Positions 42,661 to 53,893 are shown, counted from the first letter of the stretch. The stretch is 64,000 bases of DNA from Nitrosopumilus sp. (GCA_965207445.1 CBDBLX010000001.1:57041-121040), one strand, 5' to 3'. The notes: generated by a model not told the origin, from the sequence alone. Program-made: numbers and translations.

Positions 42661-43833
42661 TTATTCCCAAACATTTTCACGAAATGTGAGTTTTTTGTTG
42701 AGTATAAAGTTACTAAATGCACCTATAGTAATTGCAATGAATAGTGCAAATGGATATGACATACCATATGTGTCCACCAACCAGTACACAACGCCAAGTT
42801 GAACAGCAGCACCTAGTGAGCTGAAGACTGCAAATCGGCCATACTGCGATAGTGTTCTTCGGAGTCCAAAGTCGGGATCCTCAAATGTCCATATTTTGTT
42901 GAGTATAAAGTTAGTTGAGAGTGACGTTATAATTCCAAGCACGTTTGCCTGAAGATACCAAAAGTCAGCAACGCCAGATGTGAATAGTGTCGACACCAAA
43001 TAATTGATTAAAAATCCTGATGCGCCTACCGTAAAGAATCGGGCAGCCTTTGAGAAGAACCTTACTGACTTTCGTTTTTCTGTAGGTTCATCTCGTAATT
43101 TTTTACTCTTGTATAGCTTCCATACAGCATGCAGATATTCGACGCCCGTCTTGTATATGGATGCGTCTAGTTTACTCTCACCTAATTTACGATTCACAAA
43201 TGTATACGGTATCTCTTTGACAGTAATGGTTTTGTCTGCCTTTACTAGTAACTCTAACAAAAATTTATACCCCAAGGCATCAAATGTCAGACCATTTATG
43301 ATATTTCGCTTAAATACAAAGAATCCTGACATAGGGTCTTTTGTCTTTACACGCAATCCTAGTTTGGCAATCATAGCACCACACTTGCTTATGATCTTGC
43401 GCTTCATAGTCCAGCCATATGTATTGCCACCTTGCACATATCTTGAGGCAATAACTAAATCACATTGGTACTGTTTGATAGTCTCTAAGAGACGCGGTAT
43501 GACTTGAGGGGGGTGTGAGAAATCAGAGTCCATCACTACAATAATGTCTGCTTTGGCATTTTGAATGCCATTTAGTATCGCAGATGCAAGCCCGCCCTGT
43601 TTTGCTTTACGATGTATTATATTGACAGTATCCTTTGCAAATTTTCTTACATTTTGGATATAATCATCTACCATACGACCCGTCCCATCAGGTGAATTGT
43701 CATCTACGACAATGGTCTCTGCTAGAATACCTTTTGGTATGTTTTCACGTATTGACTTTAGTATTGATATGATGTTTTGTGACTCATTGTATGTTGGAAG
43801 TATTATCGATACTTGTGGGGAGGAAGTGGTCAT
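42661..43833 (-). CDS. GT2 polyprenol-phosphate mannosyltransferase with C-terminal GtrA domain
   Basis: PTYNE, VDDNSPDGT, MDSDFSHPP, DPMSGFF; C-terminal RFFTVG..NFILNK.WTF. Confidence 0.9.
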   Translation of the reverse strand: MTTSSPQVSIILPTYNESQNIISILKSIRENIPKGILAETIVVDDNSPDGTGRMVDDYIQNVRKFAKDTVNIIHRKAKQGGLASAILNGIQNAKADIIVVMDSDFSHPPQVIPRLLETIKQYQCDLVIASRYVQGGNTYGWTMKRKIISKCGAMIAKLGLRVKTKDPMSGFFVFKRNIINGLTFDALGYKFLLELLVKADKTITVKEIPYTFVNRKLGESKLDASIYKTGVEYLHAVWKLYKSKKLRDEPTEKRKSVRFFSKAARFFTVGASGFLINYLVSTLFTSGVADFWYLQANVLGIITSLSTNFILNKIWTFEDPDFGLRRTLSQYGRFAVFSSLGAAVQLGVVYWLVDTYGMSYPFALFIAITIGAFSNFILNKKLTFRENVWE

Positions 43834-43896
43834 TGTATACTAGTTTACATGAATGAATATAAGGGTAATAGATGATCAAGTTAGACTCAATATGAC

Positions 43897-43963
43897 GTAA
43901 GCGTTCAGGTCTAATTATTGATGATCATAGGCAGGCACGCCTGCATGGGTCAATTAATGATAT
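43897..43963 (+). repeat. IS66-type end, left arm of a 67-bp inverted repeat
   Basis: GTAAGCGTTCAGGTCTAATTATTG...GGGTCAATTAATGATAT; inverted copy at 52001-52067. Confidence 0.85.
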
Positions 43964-44118
43964 TGCAGAGGATAATCGCGTGAATCAATCTCTATGACTG
44001 ATATGATCATTCAAAAATAACTCTATCAAATACATCGCATACACGATATTCGATATGCAGACAAAGATGTGACCAAATACACATATGTGATTTTATTATT
44101 GTGTCCAAAGAGCTTGGT

Positions 44119-44610
44119 TCACACCATTTTTTCATATATCTGTATGTTATGTCGGATGTATAACAAGTAACTCCAGCTACATTTTGAGCAACATAAAGTA
44201 TTTCTCTTAAAATCTGATCGTGTCTTGAATCCCTTCAAGTACTCTGCAGGTAATTTATGCGCATCAGTAATTACAATACCACCAATCTTTAGAAATTTTA
44301 TTGCGTCCAAAAATATTTTCTTTGAATTACGATGAATACTATTGAGTACGTTGACACATATTACAACGTCTGCCTGTCCAATATAGTCATCTATATCCGC
44401 AGCCTCTTTTGTTATAAACTCATCAAGACGTGATTCAACAGTTTCCTTCGCATGGGGATCAATTCCAATGGCATATACCCTGACATTTTTTGTAGCGAGA
44501 CATTCTTTGCATCCTGTGAGCGCAATTCCAGTAGAACACCCCACATCAATTACGACAACTTGGTTATTTGTCCGAGCAAAATTCTGATGAATGTAACTTG
44601 GAATTCCCAT
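44119..44610 (-). CDS. small class I SAM-dependent methyltransferase, 5' end cut off by an IS
   Basis: VIDVGCSTG, GIDP, ADVVICVNVL, LKIGG; original start probably TTG 46044. Confidence 0.8.
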   Translation of the reverse strand: MGIPSYIHQNFARTNNQVVVIDVGCSTGIALTGCKECLATKNVRVYAIGIDPHAKETVESRLDEFITKEAADIDDYIGQADVVICVNVLNSIHRNSKKIFLDAIKFLKIGGIVITDAHKLPAEYLKGFKTRSDFKRNTLCCSKCSWSYLLYIRHNIQIYEKMV

Positions 44611-44634
44611 TCCATCATATCGTGACTTCCATGT

Positions 44635-46025
44635 CAGTAGTTCGCAATGTGCTCAATTTTTAATGATCTTATTTCTAATTATGCAGTGCGACAGATTTAC
44701 AATGGTAAGGAACCACCGTGCTCCAATTCCCACCGAAGCAGTCTTCTGATTGAACCGGCAATTGAATCTACAAACGCATCCATTGTGAATAATTTTTCAT
44801 CTACAAGTCCGCCGTAATTTTCGTACCTTGCCATTACCCATAAACCATATAATAACATTCCAAAAAATATCAACAGTAATCGAAGCTGCAAGGCGTTGCT
44901 AGTTGTCTTTGGAGTCGTGTTTTTTATCACTCTGTATCCCGTCTCTATTATCCAGCGCTTGCGATAAGTCTCTGGGATGGTTTTGATGAGTTTGCTTTTG
45001 CTAGTGATTTTCATATTTGTGGCAAATGCCACATACTGATCGACTGTTTTATCAGTTTCTTTGGCATTATTTTTTTTGACGACAAGTAATGTGAACTTTA
45101 CTGCTTTTTTGTTTTTATCACGCATCTCAATGACTGATGCAGTTTTTCTCTTTTTGTTGTGAACTTCTAAAATATATTTTTGTATGCGCTTATTTTTAAT
45201 TGCCGGCATTATGAAAGACAGGCGCAAGCGCAAAAGTTCATCTATGCATGCAACATTGTAAAAACCCCGATCAAAGAGGCCAAGTTCCGGACGTGCATCC
45301 TCTCGAATTAATTTTTCAATGATTTTACGCATGACTGTGACCATTTTATCCTTACTGGTCACACGATGTGCAAACAAAGGTATGTTACCTGCTTGATTTA
45401 CCATTTGTGCTGTCATAAATGAATGAAATCTCGCAGTACCATTTTTGGGCTTTGTTTTTAGCATCTCAGGTTTGAGTGCCTTGCCATAATATTCCCATCC
45501 GGTCATATCAATTGCAATAGTACCGCCTTTTTTGAGCATGTTGTGTTTTTTGGCATTCTTGAGCATTGCTTTGACATTCTCGTCACCCCATTGTTTTACT
45601 TTCTCTAGATCTGCACTCTTTAGGCATTTGAGCACAGTATTTTCAGATGGTATGTTTATGCGCTCGCCTTTTTTAAAATAGTTAGCCTCATTGCGTTTTC
45701 TTTTGTGTGTTGCTGCATTTACGCACATGTTGTTGAGTGACATGGTGACAAGTGTACCAAGATAATCATCCACCTCATACGTGTGGTTATATCTGGTTGA
45801 TATGTCTAGTCCGAGATCGTCGAATCGTTTTCGTAAAACTTTATAATTTACTTGTCCTAATTCATATTGATGTTCTAGTATCTCATTTTTCATACTTAGT
45901 CAGAGATACTAGAATGTTCCCATATATTATACTTTCTATTTGATCTGATCAAATATGATCATCAACGTTCAACGACATTGCGGATTATTCAAATAAAATC
46001 ATATAAAACACATTGCGAACTACTG
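44635..46025 (-). mobile_element. ISH3/IS4-family insertion sequence, apparently complete (1391 bp)
   Basis: Perfect 17-bp TIR CAGTAGTTCGCAATGTG; 4-bp TSD ATGT. Confidence 0.92.
44697..45893 (-). CDS. ISH3/IS4-family transposase
   Basis: IAIDMT, FDRGFY, YRKRWIIETGYRVIK. Confidence 0.92.
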   Translation of the reverse strand: MKNEILEHQYELGQVNYKVLRKRFDDLGLDISTRYNHTYEVDDYLGTLVTMSLNNMCVNAATHKRKRNEANYFKKGERINIPSENTVLKCLKSADLEKVKQWGDENVKAMLKNAKKHNMLKKGGTIAIDMTGWEYYGKALKPEMLKTKPKNGTARFHSFMTAQMVNQAGNIPLFAHRVTSKDKMVTVMRKIIEKLIREDARPELGLFDRGFYNVACIDELLRLRLSFIMPAIKNKRIQKYILEVHNKKRKTASVIEMRDKNKKAVKFTLLVVKKNNAKETDKTVDQYVAFATNMKITSKSKLIKTIPETYRKRWIIETGYRVIKNTTPKTTSNALQLRLLLIFFGMLLYGLWVMARYENYGGLVDEKLFTMDAFVDSIAGSIRRLLRWELEHGGSLPL

Positions 46026-46046
46026 ATGTGTTCTTGAGTCTCAATT

Positions 46047-49000
46047 TCATAAATTTCCAGTCCAATTTTTTGCTATGACTTCAGCTTGGCTCAAAACAGT
46101 GTCAGTTGCCTTTTTGGTCTTGTCAGGTGGATATCCGTGCCTTCGCAGTACTTTTTTGACCTTCAGCCGGATGGCCGCCTGTACACTTGCCTTTTGAGTC
46201 CAGTCTATCGTGACGCTCCTTCTTATCATACTTGTCAGTTCTTCTGCAATTGCCTTGAGCACCTCATCTCCCAAGACCTTTACCGCACTGTCATTGACTT
46301 CTAGCGCATCATAAAACGCAAGCTCATCCTCGTCCAGGTTCAATGTTTCGCCTCTATCCTTCTCCTCTCTAATCTGCCTTGCAATTTTGACAAGCTCATC
46401 TATGACCTCGCTTGTGCTGATCCTCTTGTCGTTGTACTTTTGTATGGTACCCTCCAGCATATCGCGGAAAGATTTTCCCTTGATGATATTTCTTTTTGAG
46501 TATGTCCTGATCTTTTCTTCCAATATCCTTCTAAGGGCTTCGCGCGCCAAATTCTTCTCAGGGGATTTTTTTATGTTTGAAAGAAATGTATCCGACAGTA
46601 TGGACACTTCAACATTCGTGTTCCCCGCATTGCCAATTACATCGATTATTTCATCTGATATGATAGCCTTTGAGATGATCTGTTTTATTCCGGCATCAAA
46701 TCTGTCACGGTTTACGCCTCCGTGCCCCGTAGTCTTTGTGATTGCAATCTTTATGGCCTCAAAGAAACCCACCTCATCTTTGATTTGCATGGCCTCCTCC
46801 CTTGGTAGAGCTATGGAAAACGCCCCCCGTAGCAGAGGGAACTCTTTTTGAAATCTCTCTTTTTTGCCAGGCTCCTTTAGTATGTGATCCACAGTACGTG
46901 ACATGAACGGCACGCGCCTCTCGGGCTTGAGGTTAAAGAATTCCATATAGTCAAACCCGTGAAACATGCTCTTTATAACATCATATTTTTCAAGCATGAT
47001 AGATACCGCATCATCCTGCACGTTGGTTGGCTTACCACGGCCGCCGTTTGCAGTATAGTTTGACATGGCATCCATCATCTCTCTGCTCATGTCCATGTAA
47101 TCCACAATCAGACCTCCCTCCTTGCCCGGGTAGACCCTGTTTACTCTTGCCACAGCTTGCATCAAGGTGTGGCCGTCCATCCACTTGTCCAGATACATCG
47201 TATGAAGAGACGGCGCGTCAAATCCGGTGAGAAACATGTCCCGTACTATGATGATTTTGTGCACTCCATTGGGATCCTTGAATCGGTCACCGACTGCTTT
47301 TCTTTTCTGCTTGTTTCTTATGTGCTCTTGCCACTCCTTTGGGTCAGACGCAGAGCCGGTAAACACCACCTTGATTATCCCTTTGTCATCGTCTTTGTGG
47401 TACCAATCGGGGCGCCGTTTCACGATCTCGTCGTGCAGTTCGACGCATATCCTTCTGGACATGCATACAACCATTGCCTTGCCTTCAAGGACAGAATCCC
47501 TTTCCTCATAATGTTTAATGATGTCATCTGCAATCTTCTTGATGCGCGCTGGAGCCCCTATCAGCTTTTCCATACGGGACCATGTCTTCATTGCCTTTTC
47601 TTTTTCATCTGGTTCACCCCCTTCTGTCACAGTTGCAAAGTCGTCATCAATGTGAAGACGCTCAGTAGATTTTATGTCAACTGGCACAAACTTGTTCTGA
47701 TAGTAGATCTTGACGGTAGAACCATCCTCTACTGCCTGCTGCACGTCATAGATGTCTACATAATCTCCAAAGACGGCAGGAGTTGAATGATCCTTTTTTT
47801 CAATTGGCGTGCCGGTAAACCCTACAAAAGAGGCATTGGGTAAGGCATCTTTTAGATACTTGGCGTAGCCGTATGTGATAAACGACTTGTCGTTTTTGTT
47901 TATTATCTTGGCCGCGAATCCGTAATGGCTTCGGTGGGCCTCATCTGCAATGACCACTATGTTGTCTCTCTTTGACAGGACCGGATGCTGGTCTCGATTA
48001 TCGGGAAGAAATTTTTGTATAGTTGTAAACACAATACCACCTGATGCAACACGTAACATATCTGACAGGTCCCTTCGAGCTTCTGCTTGCACGGGCTTTT
48101 GTCGAAGTATGTCATGGCACCTGCCAAACGTACCAAACAGTTGTGAATCAAGGTCGTTTCTATCCGTAAGTACAACAATGGTGGGGTTGTCCAGACTGCG
48201 CACTAGTTTGCCTGAGTAAAACACCATCGTCAGAGACTTTCCAGATCCCTGCGTATGCCATATCACGCCTGCCTTTTTTGTGCCGCCGCGTGCCTTGATT
48301 GTAGACTGTATGGCCTTGTTGGTAGCCCAGTACTGGTGGTACGATGCAAGCTTTTTGGTTGTTTTTTCATCTTTTTCAAATACGATAAAATTGCGTATGA
48401 TATCCAAGAGCCGATGTTTCTCAAACATGCCGCGCAACAAAATTTCAGCCTTGGAAAGTCCGTCATCTGTAGTGCCACCATCGATGGTCTTCCACTCCAT
48501 GAATCTCTCTTTGCCAGATGATATTGTTCCTGCCCTGGCCTGCAGGCCGTCACTTATTATGAGAATTTCCAAGTATCTGAACAGGTCGGGAATCTTTTCC
48601 ATGTATGTTTGAAGTTGATTATACGCAGACCAGATATCTGCATTTTCACTTGCCAAATTCTTTAGCTCCATGATTACTAACGGTATGCCGTTCACAAAAA
48701 ACAATACATCAGGTATACGTGTATCATTTCCTTCTATAGTAAATTGATTGATTACAAGAAAGTCGTTATTATTGATTTTTTTATCATCAAACTCACAAAG
48801 CCACACCTTTTCATATCGCTCGCCTGATTCAGTTTTGACAAGAACATCCACACCATCAACTAACATTTTGTGAAATGATTCATTATCAACAATTGGTGCA
48901 TGAGATGAGTTTTGCAGGACCTGCTTTATTGCATCGTCTATTGATGATTCTGGAATGGTGGGATTGATTCGTTGTAATGCCATCCGTAGTCTGTTCGTCA

Positions 49001-49139
49001 ACACTACTGATTTGCGATCGTCACGTAATGCTGATCTGCCTTCAGGATGATATTCCTCATTGTTTCCATGTATTATTTCGTATTCAAGTGATTTTAATAC
49101 AAATAGAACATATTTTTCTACATCTAATTCTGAAATCAT
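46047..49139 (-). CDS. hsdR: type I restriction enzyme R subunit
   Basis: [20 protein letters not shown] nuclease motif, [32 protein letters not shown]. Confidence 0.97.
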   Translation of the reverse strand: MISELDVEKYVLFVLKSLEYEIIHGNNEEYHPEGRSALRDDRKSVVLTNRLRMALQRINPTIPESSIDDAIKQVLQNSSHAPIVDNESFHKMLVDGVDVLVKTESGERYEKVWLCEFDDKKINNNDFLVINQFTIEGNDTRIPDVLFFVNGIPLVIMELKNLASENADIWSAYNQLQTYMEKIPDLFRYLEILIISDGLQARAGTISSGKERFMEWKTIDGGTTDDGLSKAEILLRGMFEKHRLLDIIRNFIVFEKDEKTTKKLASYHQYWATNKAIQSTIKARGGTKKAGVIWHTQGSGKSLTMVFYSGKLVRSLDNPTIVVLTDRNDLDSQLFGTFGRCHDILRQKPVQAEARRDLSDMLRVASGGIVFTTIQKFLPDNRDQHPVLSKRDNIVVIADEAHRSHYGFAAKIINKNDKSFITYGYAKYLKDALPNASFVGFTGTPIEKKDHSTPAVFGDYVDIYDVQQAVEDGSTVKIYYQNKFVPVDIKSTERLHIDDDFATVTEGGEPDEKEKAMKTWSRMEKLIGAPARIKKIADDIIKHYEERDSVLEGKAMVVCMSRRICVELHDEIVKRRPDWYHKDDDKGIIKVVFTGSASDPKEWQEHIRNKQKRKAVGDRFKDPNGVHKIIIVRDMFLTGFDAPSLHTMYLDKWMDGHTLMQAVARVNRVYPGKEGGLIVDYMDMSREMMDAMSNYTANGGRGKPTNVQDDAVSIMLEKYDVIKSMFHGFDYMEFFNLKPERRVPFMSRTVDHILKEPGKKERFQKEFPLLRGAFSIALPREEAMQIKDEVGFFEAIKIAITKTTGHGGVNRDRFDAGIKQIISKAIISDEIIDVIGNAGNTNVEVSILSDTFLSNIKKSPEKNLAREALRRILEEKIRTYSKRNIIKGKSFRDMLEGTIQKYNDKRISTSEVIDELVKIARQIREEKDRGETLNLDEDELAFYDALEVNDSAVKVLGDEVLKAIAEELTSMIRRSVTIDWTQKASVQAAIRLKVKKVLRRHGYPPDKTKKATDTVLSQAEVIAKNWTGNL

Positions 49140-50782
49140 TTGGTTATTTTCCCTCCTCTGTTAACTTTAATTTTTCCTGACATTAATTTTGGTAAAATTG
49201 TATCTCTTAAATTAATTAGTAAATTAGATTGAATATTGTTTTGAATCCATCTTTCAAGTGAATGTTCAAAAACATCATTTATTGCATAAAGAAAATCATT
49301 ACTAGGTATAACACATTTTACTTCACTTAAATGATGACGTTGGATATGTCCCATTGTCGTAGCTTTATCTTTTGCAATACTTTGGAATTGTTTTAAGTGT
49401 ATATTTAACCACAATAAATAAAACCATTTTGGATAATTGTGTGAGGTCACTTTAAACAGATGTTGATTTAATGCTGCACGTCCACCACACCAAACTTTGA
49501 CAAGTAAACTTCCTGACCATGAAAAAACAACATCACCATTATTAATAATGCATTCAGACGCAATACTTTTTTTGGACCATTCTTTACCATCAGTGTATCC
49601 ATTTCTTAATTGTGCTATTTTTAAAACAGGTAATCTATCTTCATTTTTTTCGGGTCTGTGATTTTGTAATGCGAGTCCATTTCTGAAATCCGCTATTTCA
49701 TCAAGAGGTTTAATAGACCACCCTTCTGGAATCATGCCTAGTTCTGAATCTACCAATGTATCTGGAAATAAATCATAGGCAGTTGATGGCAATCCTGGAA
49801 GTGATTGCCCTCGTTTCCAGCGACCATCCATCTTGGCACGGACAGGTTCAAAATTTACAAACCATGACTTGAACAGTGTACGGGTCATTTCTTCAAGCAT
49901 TTTGTTCATTTGTCGATTTATCTCTATTTTGTCATCCAAAGTTTTCAGTATGTGTGAGATAGTTTGTTGTTCCTTTAAAGGCGGCAAAGAAAATTGAAAC
50001 GTAGATATGGCATTACGAGATAAGTGCAGTACCGTAGTTCCGGTTACAAATGATTTGATGTGGTTTACATATTCGTTAGATAAAAGCAAATAGTAAAGAT
50101 AATTAGAATCTAGTTGAGACTTATCAATGACGCGTATTATTGCTGCATCAAGTGAAGCAACTAACGTACTATAATTAGTGTCCATTGGTACAATGGCAGG
50201 TCTTCCAATCACATCGGCATTTTGAGTGATGTCTGTCTGAGCAATAACTATATCATTTGGACGTATAATCTGTTCTGTACTGAATGGTCCAATATATGGT
50301 TTGAGTCCATCACGGCGATAACCTCCTCCACGTGCAAATGATTTCAATGTGACTAGTGCACATTCTGTATTTTCTTGTAATTCTGAGCTTTTATACGAAC
50401 GGCCACGAGTTACAGTAATCATGTTGTTCAAATACACAGGGTTATCTCTACTAGTAACATCTAAAGATGTTTTATCTTTGAACAGTAAAACTTTCTGAGC
50501 ATTTATAATTTTTTTAAAATTATCACTAACATTTTTCAAATCTACAACATCCACAGTGTATGGAAGGTTAGAATCATCAAACGCAACATCAAGTGCAGTC
50601 ATGGTTTTATGATCTATGGGTTTGATATTTTCTATGGCAAGATCCAAATCTGATGCATCAGTTGTCTCCCACTTGGCTCGACTTCCAAATACCCAAATCT
50701 TTGTATTTGATGGTAGATGCTTGTGTAAAATGTCCGATACCATATTTAAATGATCAGGATTTATGTCTATGGGATGTGTCAA
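49136..50782 (-). CDS. hsdS: type I R-M specificity subunit with N-terminal minimal nucleotidyltransferase (MNT) domain
   Basis: aa 1-100: FGSRA..SDLDLA..VDVVD; then TRD1, PPLKEQQ..LDDKI conserved region, IPEGW, TRD2, [12 protein letters not shown]. Confidence 0.92.
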   Translation of the reverse strand: MTHPIDINPDHLNMVSDILHKHLPSNTKIWVFGSRAKWETTDASDLDLAIENIKPIDHKTMTALDVAFDDSNLPYTVDVVDLKNVSDNFKKIINAQKVLLFKDKTSLDVTSRDNPVYLNNMITVTRGRSYKSSELQENTECALVTLKSFARGGGYRRDGLKPYIGPFSTEQIIRPNDIVIAQTDITQNADVIGRPAIVPMDTNYSTLVASLDAAIIRVIDKSQLDSNYLYYLLLSNEYVNHIKSFVTGTTVLHLSRNAISTFQFSLPPLKEQQTISHILKTLDDKIEINRQMNKMLEEMTRTLFKSWFVNFEPVRAKMDGRWKRGQSLPGLPSTAYDLFPDTLVDSELGMIPEGWSIKPLDEIADFRNGLALQNHRPEKNEDRLPVLKIAQLRNGYTDGKEWSKKSIASECIINNGDVVFSWSGSLLVKVWCGGRAALNQHLFKVTSHNYPKWFYLLWLNIHLKQFQSIAKDKATTMGHIQRHHLSEVKCVIPSNDFLYAINDVFEHSLERWIQNNIQSNLLINLRDTILPKLMSGKIKVNRGGKITK

Positions 50783-50795
50783 ACAATTTCAACTC

Positions 50796-51368
50796 TTAGA
50801 TTTTAATTGATCTCTTTTTAGCACTGTCAAATTTGATGCCTTTGTTACTTTTAATTTTTGAAGTGTGTTTTTTAATTTTAGATTTCGACTTGGATATTTT
50901 ATTTTCTAGTTTACTATTCTTTGTATTGCTTTGAGTTGTAATGGGTGGAGCGTGTTGAATCTCTTGTAAACGGGCCAGCACATAACGTGCCTCATTTAGG
51001 AATTTTGATACTGATTCAAAAACTGCTTGTGCCTTGACTTCGTCATACGTGTGACTGGTTATCCCACGATTTTTACGGTATTCCGTCCAAACCACAACAT
51101 CAGAATTTGTCAGATTTTTTGCATATGCTTCACGAATAATATGCTTAAAACTCATAGAGTCAACTTCGTGAGGATTAAACAATGATGTGTATAGGTGTCG
51201 TTTTAACATTTTAAGTGTTAATTCATATGTAAATTCAAAAGCTTGTATGACTGCACCGCGCATGTGTATTTTGTATTTTGGTTTTTCTTGTATTAGTTCA
51301 TAGTATGCATCTAGTGCACTTTCAAGTTGGTTAATTGCCTTTATCAACGATGTAACATCAAGACTCAT
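50796..51368 (-). CDS. HEPN-domain protein (HI0074-type), putative RNase toxin, with basic C-terminal tail
   Basis: IQAFEFTYEL, IIREAY, RGITSHTY. Confidence 0.9.
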   Translation of the reverse strand: MSLDVTSLIKAINQLESALDAYYELIQEKPKYKIHMRGAVIQAFEFTYELTLKMLKRHLYTSLFNPHEVDSMSFKHIIREAYAKNLTNSDVVVWTEYRKNRGITSHTYDEVKAQAVFESVSKFLNEARYVLARLQEIQHAPPITTQSNTKNSKLENKISKSKSKIKKHTSKIKSNKGIKFDSAKKRSIKI

Positions 51369-51531
51369 TGTTTACTCCGCTTTATATCAAATTCTAGATT
51401 TTTTATGTTTTATGTAATTGCAGCATCTAGATTTTTGGATTTTGTTTGGAGTTCGCCCCACTGCAATGTTAATTGTTGCATTTTTTCCTCAAAAGATTCT
51501 TTTTCATCTGATCGGGATTCGACACCTACGT
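51365..51531 (-). pseudogene. orphan HsdM C-terminal fragment
   Basis: VGVESRSDEKESFEEKMQQLTLQWGELQTKSKNLDAAIT*NIKNLEF; final stop overlaps the HEPN ATG; cut by the IS end at 51532. Confidence 0.75.
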
Positions 51532-51697
51532 CAGTAGTTCGCAATGTGTCAATTTTTAATGATCTTATTTCTAATTATGCAGTGCGACAGATTTACTATG
51601 TCAAGTAACTACCGTGCTCTAATTCCCACCGAAGCAGTCTTCTGATCAATCCGGCAATTGAATCCATAAATAATCCATTGCAAATAATTTTTCATCT
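51532..51697. mobile_element. truncated end of the ISH3-like element
   Basis: Diverged copy of about 44635-44800. Confidence 0.85.
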
Positions 51698-52000
51698 CAG
51701 TAGTTCAAAAAGTAAAGCAGTGTTTGAGTCCGGATTCAGGTACATTGTCACCACATGTCGCGTGTCAGGTCAGTGACACGATTGTGAGATAGAAAACACA
51801 TGTATCGTACAGATGAACAGGCGGGTTTGCAAGCCCGATTCGGCGCGCCACAACATGATGTGCGCAGGCGGAGCCCCGGTTTTTATCTTCCTGTGATTTG
51901 GCACGTCGTATTTTGTATTGTGCTTGCGGTATTTTTGAGGCAAGATATCACCTGATGTCTTCCAAAAACCTTCGTGACACCGTCACTTTTTGAACTACTG
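51698..52000. mobile_element. 303-bp MITE / deletion derivative of an ISH3-like IS
   Basis: TIR CAGTAGTTCAAAAAGT / ACTTTTTGAACTACTG. Confidence 0.8.
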
Positions 52001-52067
52001 ATATCATTAATTGACCCGTGCAGGCGTGCCTGCTTTTGATCACCAATAATTAGACCTGAACGCTTAC
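52001..52067 (-). repeat. IS66-type end, right arm of the 67-bp inverted repeat
   Basis: Reverse complement of 43897-43963 with a few mismatches. Confidence 0.85.
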
Positions 52068-52185
52068 GGTTCGAATGCTATTGTAGTATGCAAGCACGTT
52101 TGTGTGGGATCCAAATTGAACATCTTGACCGGCTTGAATGTATACTTAATATGTTGATAAATAGAACGTCGTCACGAACCATAGA

Positions 52186-53772
52186 ATGGCACAGACAAAA
52201 TCCAAATCCACATCGGGAGGGGCAGACACAAATCGTTCTACCGATACAGATCTACTCGGATTTGAAGAGAAGATGTGGAAGGCCGCAGACAAGCTCCGAA
52301 GCAACATGGACGCAGCAGAATACAAGCACGTTGTACTGGGCCTGATATTTCTAAAGTACATCTCTGATGCGTTTGTGTCTCTCCACGAGTCACTGAAGAA
52401 AGACCCCGATTCTGATCCAGAAGATCAAGACGAGTATATTGCTAAAAGAATCTTCTGGGTACCCAAAAAGGCACGATGGGACTATCTTTCGGACAATGCA
52501 AAAAAGCCAGAGATAGGAGAGTTGATCGACAATGCAATGCAGTCTATCGAAAAAGAGAACTCATCCTTGCGCGGAGTCCTGCAAAAGGACTATGCACGGC
52601 CCAGCCTCAATAAACAGAGGCTTGGAGAACTAATAGACCTGATAGGCACCATAGGTCTAGGAGACAAGGAAAGTAGAAGTAAAGACATTCTTGGACGCGT
52701 ATATGAGTACTTTTTAGGTCAGTTTGCAGACGCAGAAGGTAAAAAGGGTGGACAGTTCTACACACCACGAAGCATTGTCAAATTATTGGTAGCGGTTTTA
52801 CAGCCATACAAGGGCAGGATTTTTGATCCATGTTGCGGATCAGGTGGCATGTTTGTCCAGAGTGAGAAATTCATCAAGGCTCATGGTGGAAAAATTGGAA
52901 ACGTCTCAATCTACGGGCAGGAGAGCAATCCCACCACCTGGCGCTTGTGCAGAACAAATCTCGCCATACGCGGAATAGAATCCAACATGATTAAATGGAA
53001 TGGACAAGGTAGTTTTGTACAAGATGAACACAAAGATTTACGAGCAGATTTCATACTTGCAAATCCGCCATTCAATGACAGTGACTGGAATGGACATCTG
53101 TTGCAAGATGATGTCAGATGGGCGTATGGCGTGCCACCTGTAACCAATGCAAACTATGCATGGATTCAACACTTCATAAACCACTTGTCACCTGCAGGAA
53201 CGGCAGGATTTGTAATGTCAAATGGTTCAATGTCATCTAATACAGGTGGTGAAGGAGAAATTCGTCAAAATATCGTAGAACGAGATCTGGTAGATTGTAT
53301 GGTCGCACTGCCCTCACAATTATTCTACAACACAATGATTCCGGCCTGTCTGTGGTTTGTAACTAAAAACAAGAAAAAAAATACCCAGTTTAAAAATCGT
53401 CAAAAACAGGTACTGTTCATTGATGCTCGCAACATGGGTGTGATGATTGATAGGCGACATCGGGAGCTAACAGATACAGACATCACTAGAATTGCAGATA
53501 CCTACCATGCTTGGCGCAATAAAAAATTTAACTCTAAATACAAAGATGTTGCAGGATTTTGCAAATCTGCATCGGTATCAGACATAGAAAAACAAGATTG
53601 GGTGTTGACGCCGGGTCGATATGTTGGGATTAAAGAAGAAATTGAAAATGAAGAAGAATTCGAAACAGAAATGTTCAAACTTACAACAGAATTGTCTGTA
53701 CAATTTCAACAGAGTAAAAAACTTGAAAGTGAAATAAAAGGTAATTTAAAAAAAATTGGATTTGAAATCTAA
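52186..53772 (+). CDS. hsdM: type I R-M methyltransferase subunit
   Basis: [36 protein letters not shown]. Confidence 0.97.
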   Translation: MAQTKSKSTSGGADTNRSTDTDLLGFEEKMWKAADKLRSNMDAAEYKHVVLGLIFLKYISDAFVSLHESLKKDPDSDPEDQDEYIAKRIFWVPKKARWDYLSDNAKKPEIGELIDNAMQSIEKENSSLRGVLQKDYARPSLNKQRLGELIDLIGTIGLGDKESRSKDILGRVYEYFLGQFADAEGKKGGQFYTPRSIVKLLVAVLQPYKGRIFDPCCGSGGMFVQSEKFIKAHGGKIGNVSIYGQESNPTTWRLCRTNLAIRGIESNMIKWNGQGSFVQDEHKDLRADFILANPPFNDSDWNGHLLQDDVRWAYGVPPVTNANYAWIQHFINHLSPAGTAGFVMSNGSMSSNTGGEGEIRQNIVERDLVDCMVALPSQLFYNTMIPACLWFVTKNKKKNTQFKNRQKQVLFIDARNMGVMIDRRHRELTDTDITRIADTYHAWRNKKFNSKYKDVAGFCKSASVSDIEKQDWVLTPGRYVGIKEEIENEEEFETEMFKLTTELSVQFQQSKKLESEIKGNLKKIGFEI

Positions 53773-53870
53773 TGGAGCAAATGCATACAGTGGATACTAA
53801 AAAATCCATAGACAATGTATCAAAAATTGTTGGAGGCAGAGTCATATCTACAAAAAACTCAAGAGAGTAG
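53772..53870 (+). pseudogene. probable hsdS 5' remnant
   Basis: ATG overlaps the hsdM stop; KKSIDNVSKIVGGRVISTKN resembles a TRD start; premature stop, then an IS end. Confidence 0.5.
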
Positions 53871-53893
53871 ATTCGCGTAATATTTAGTGATGT

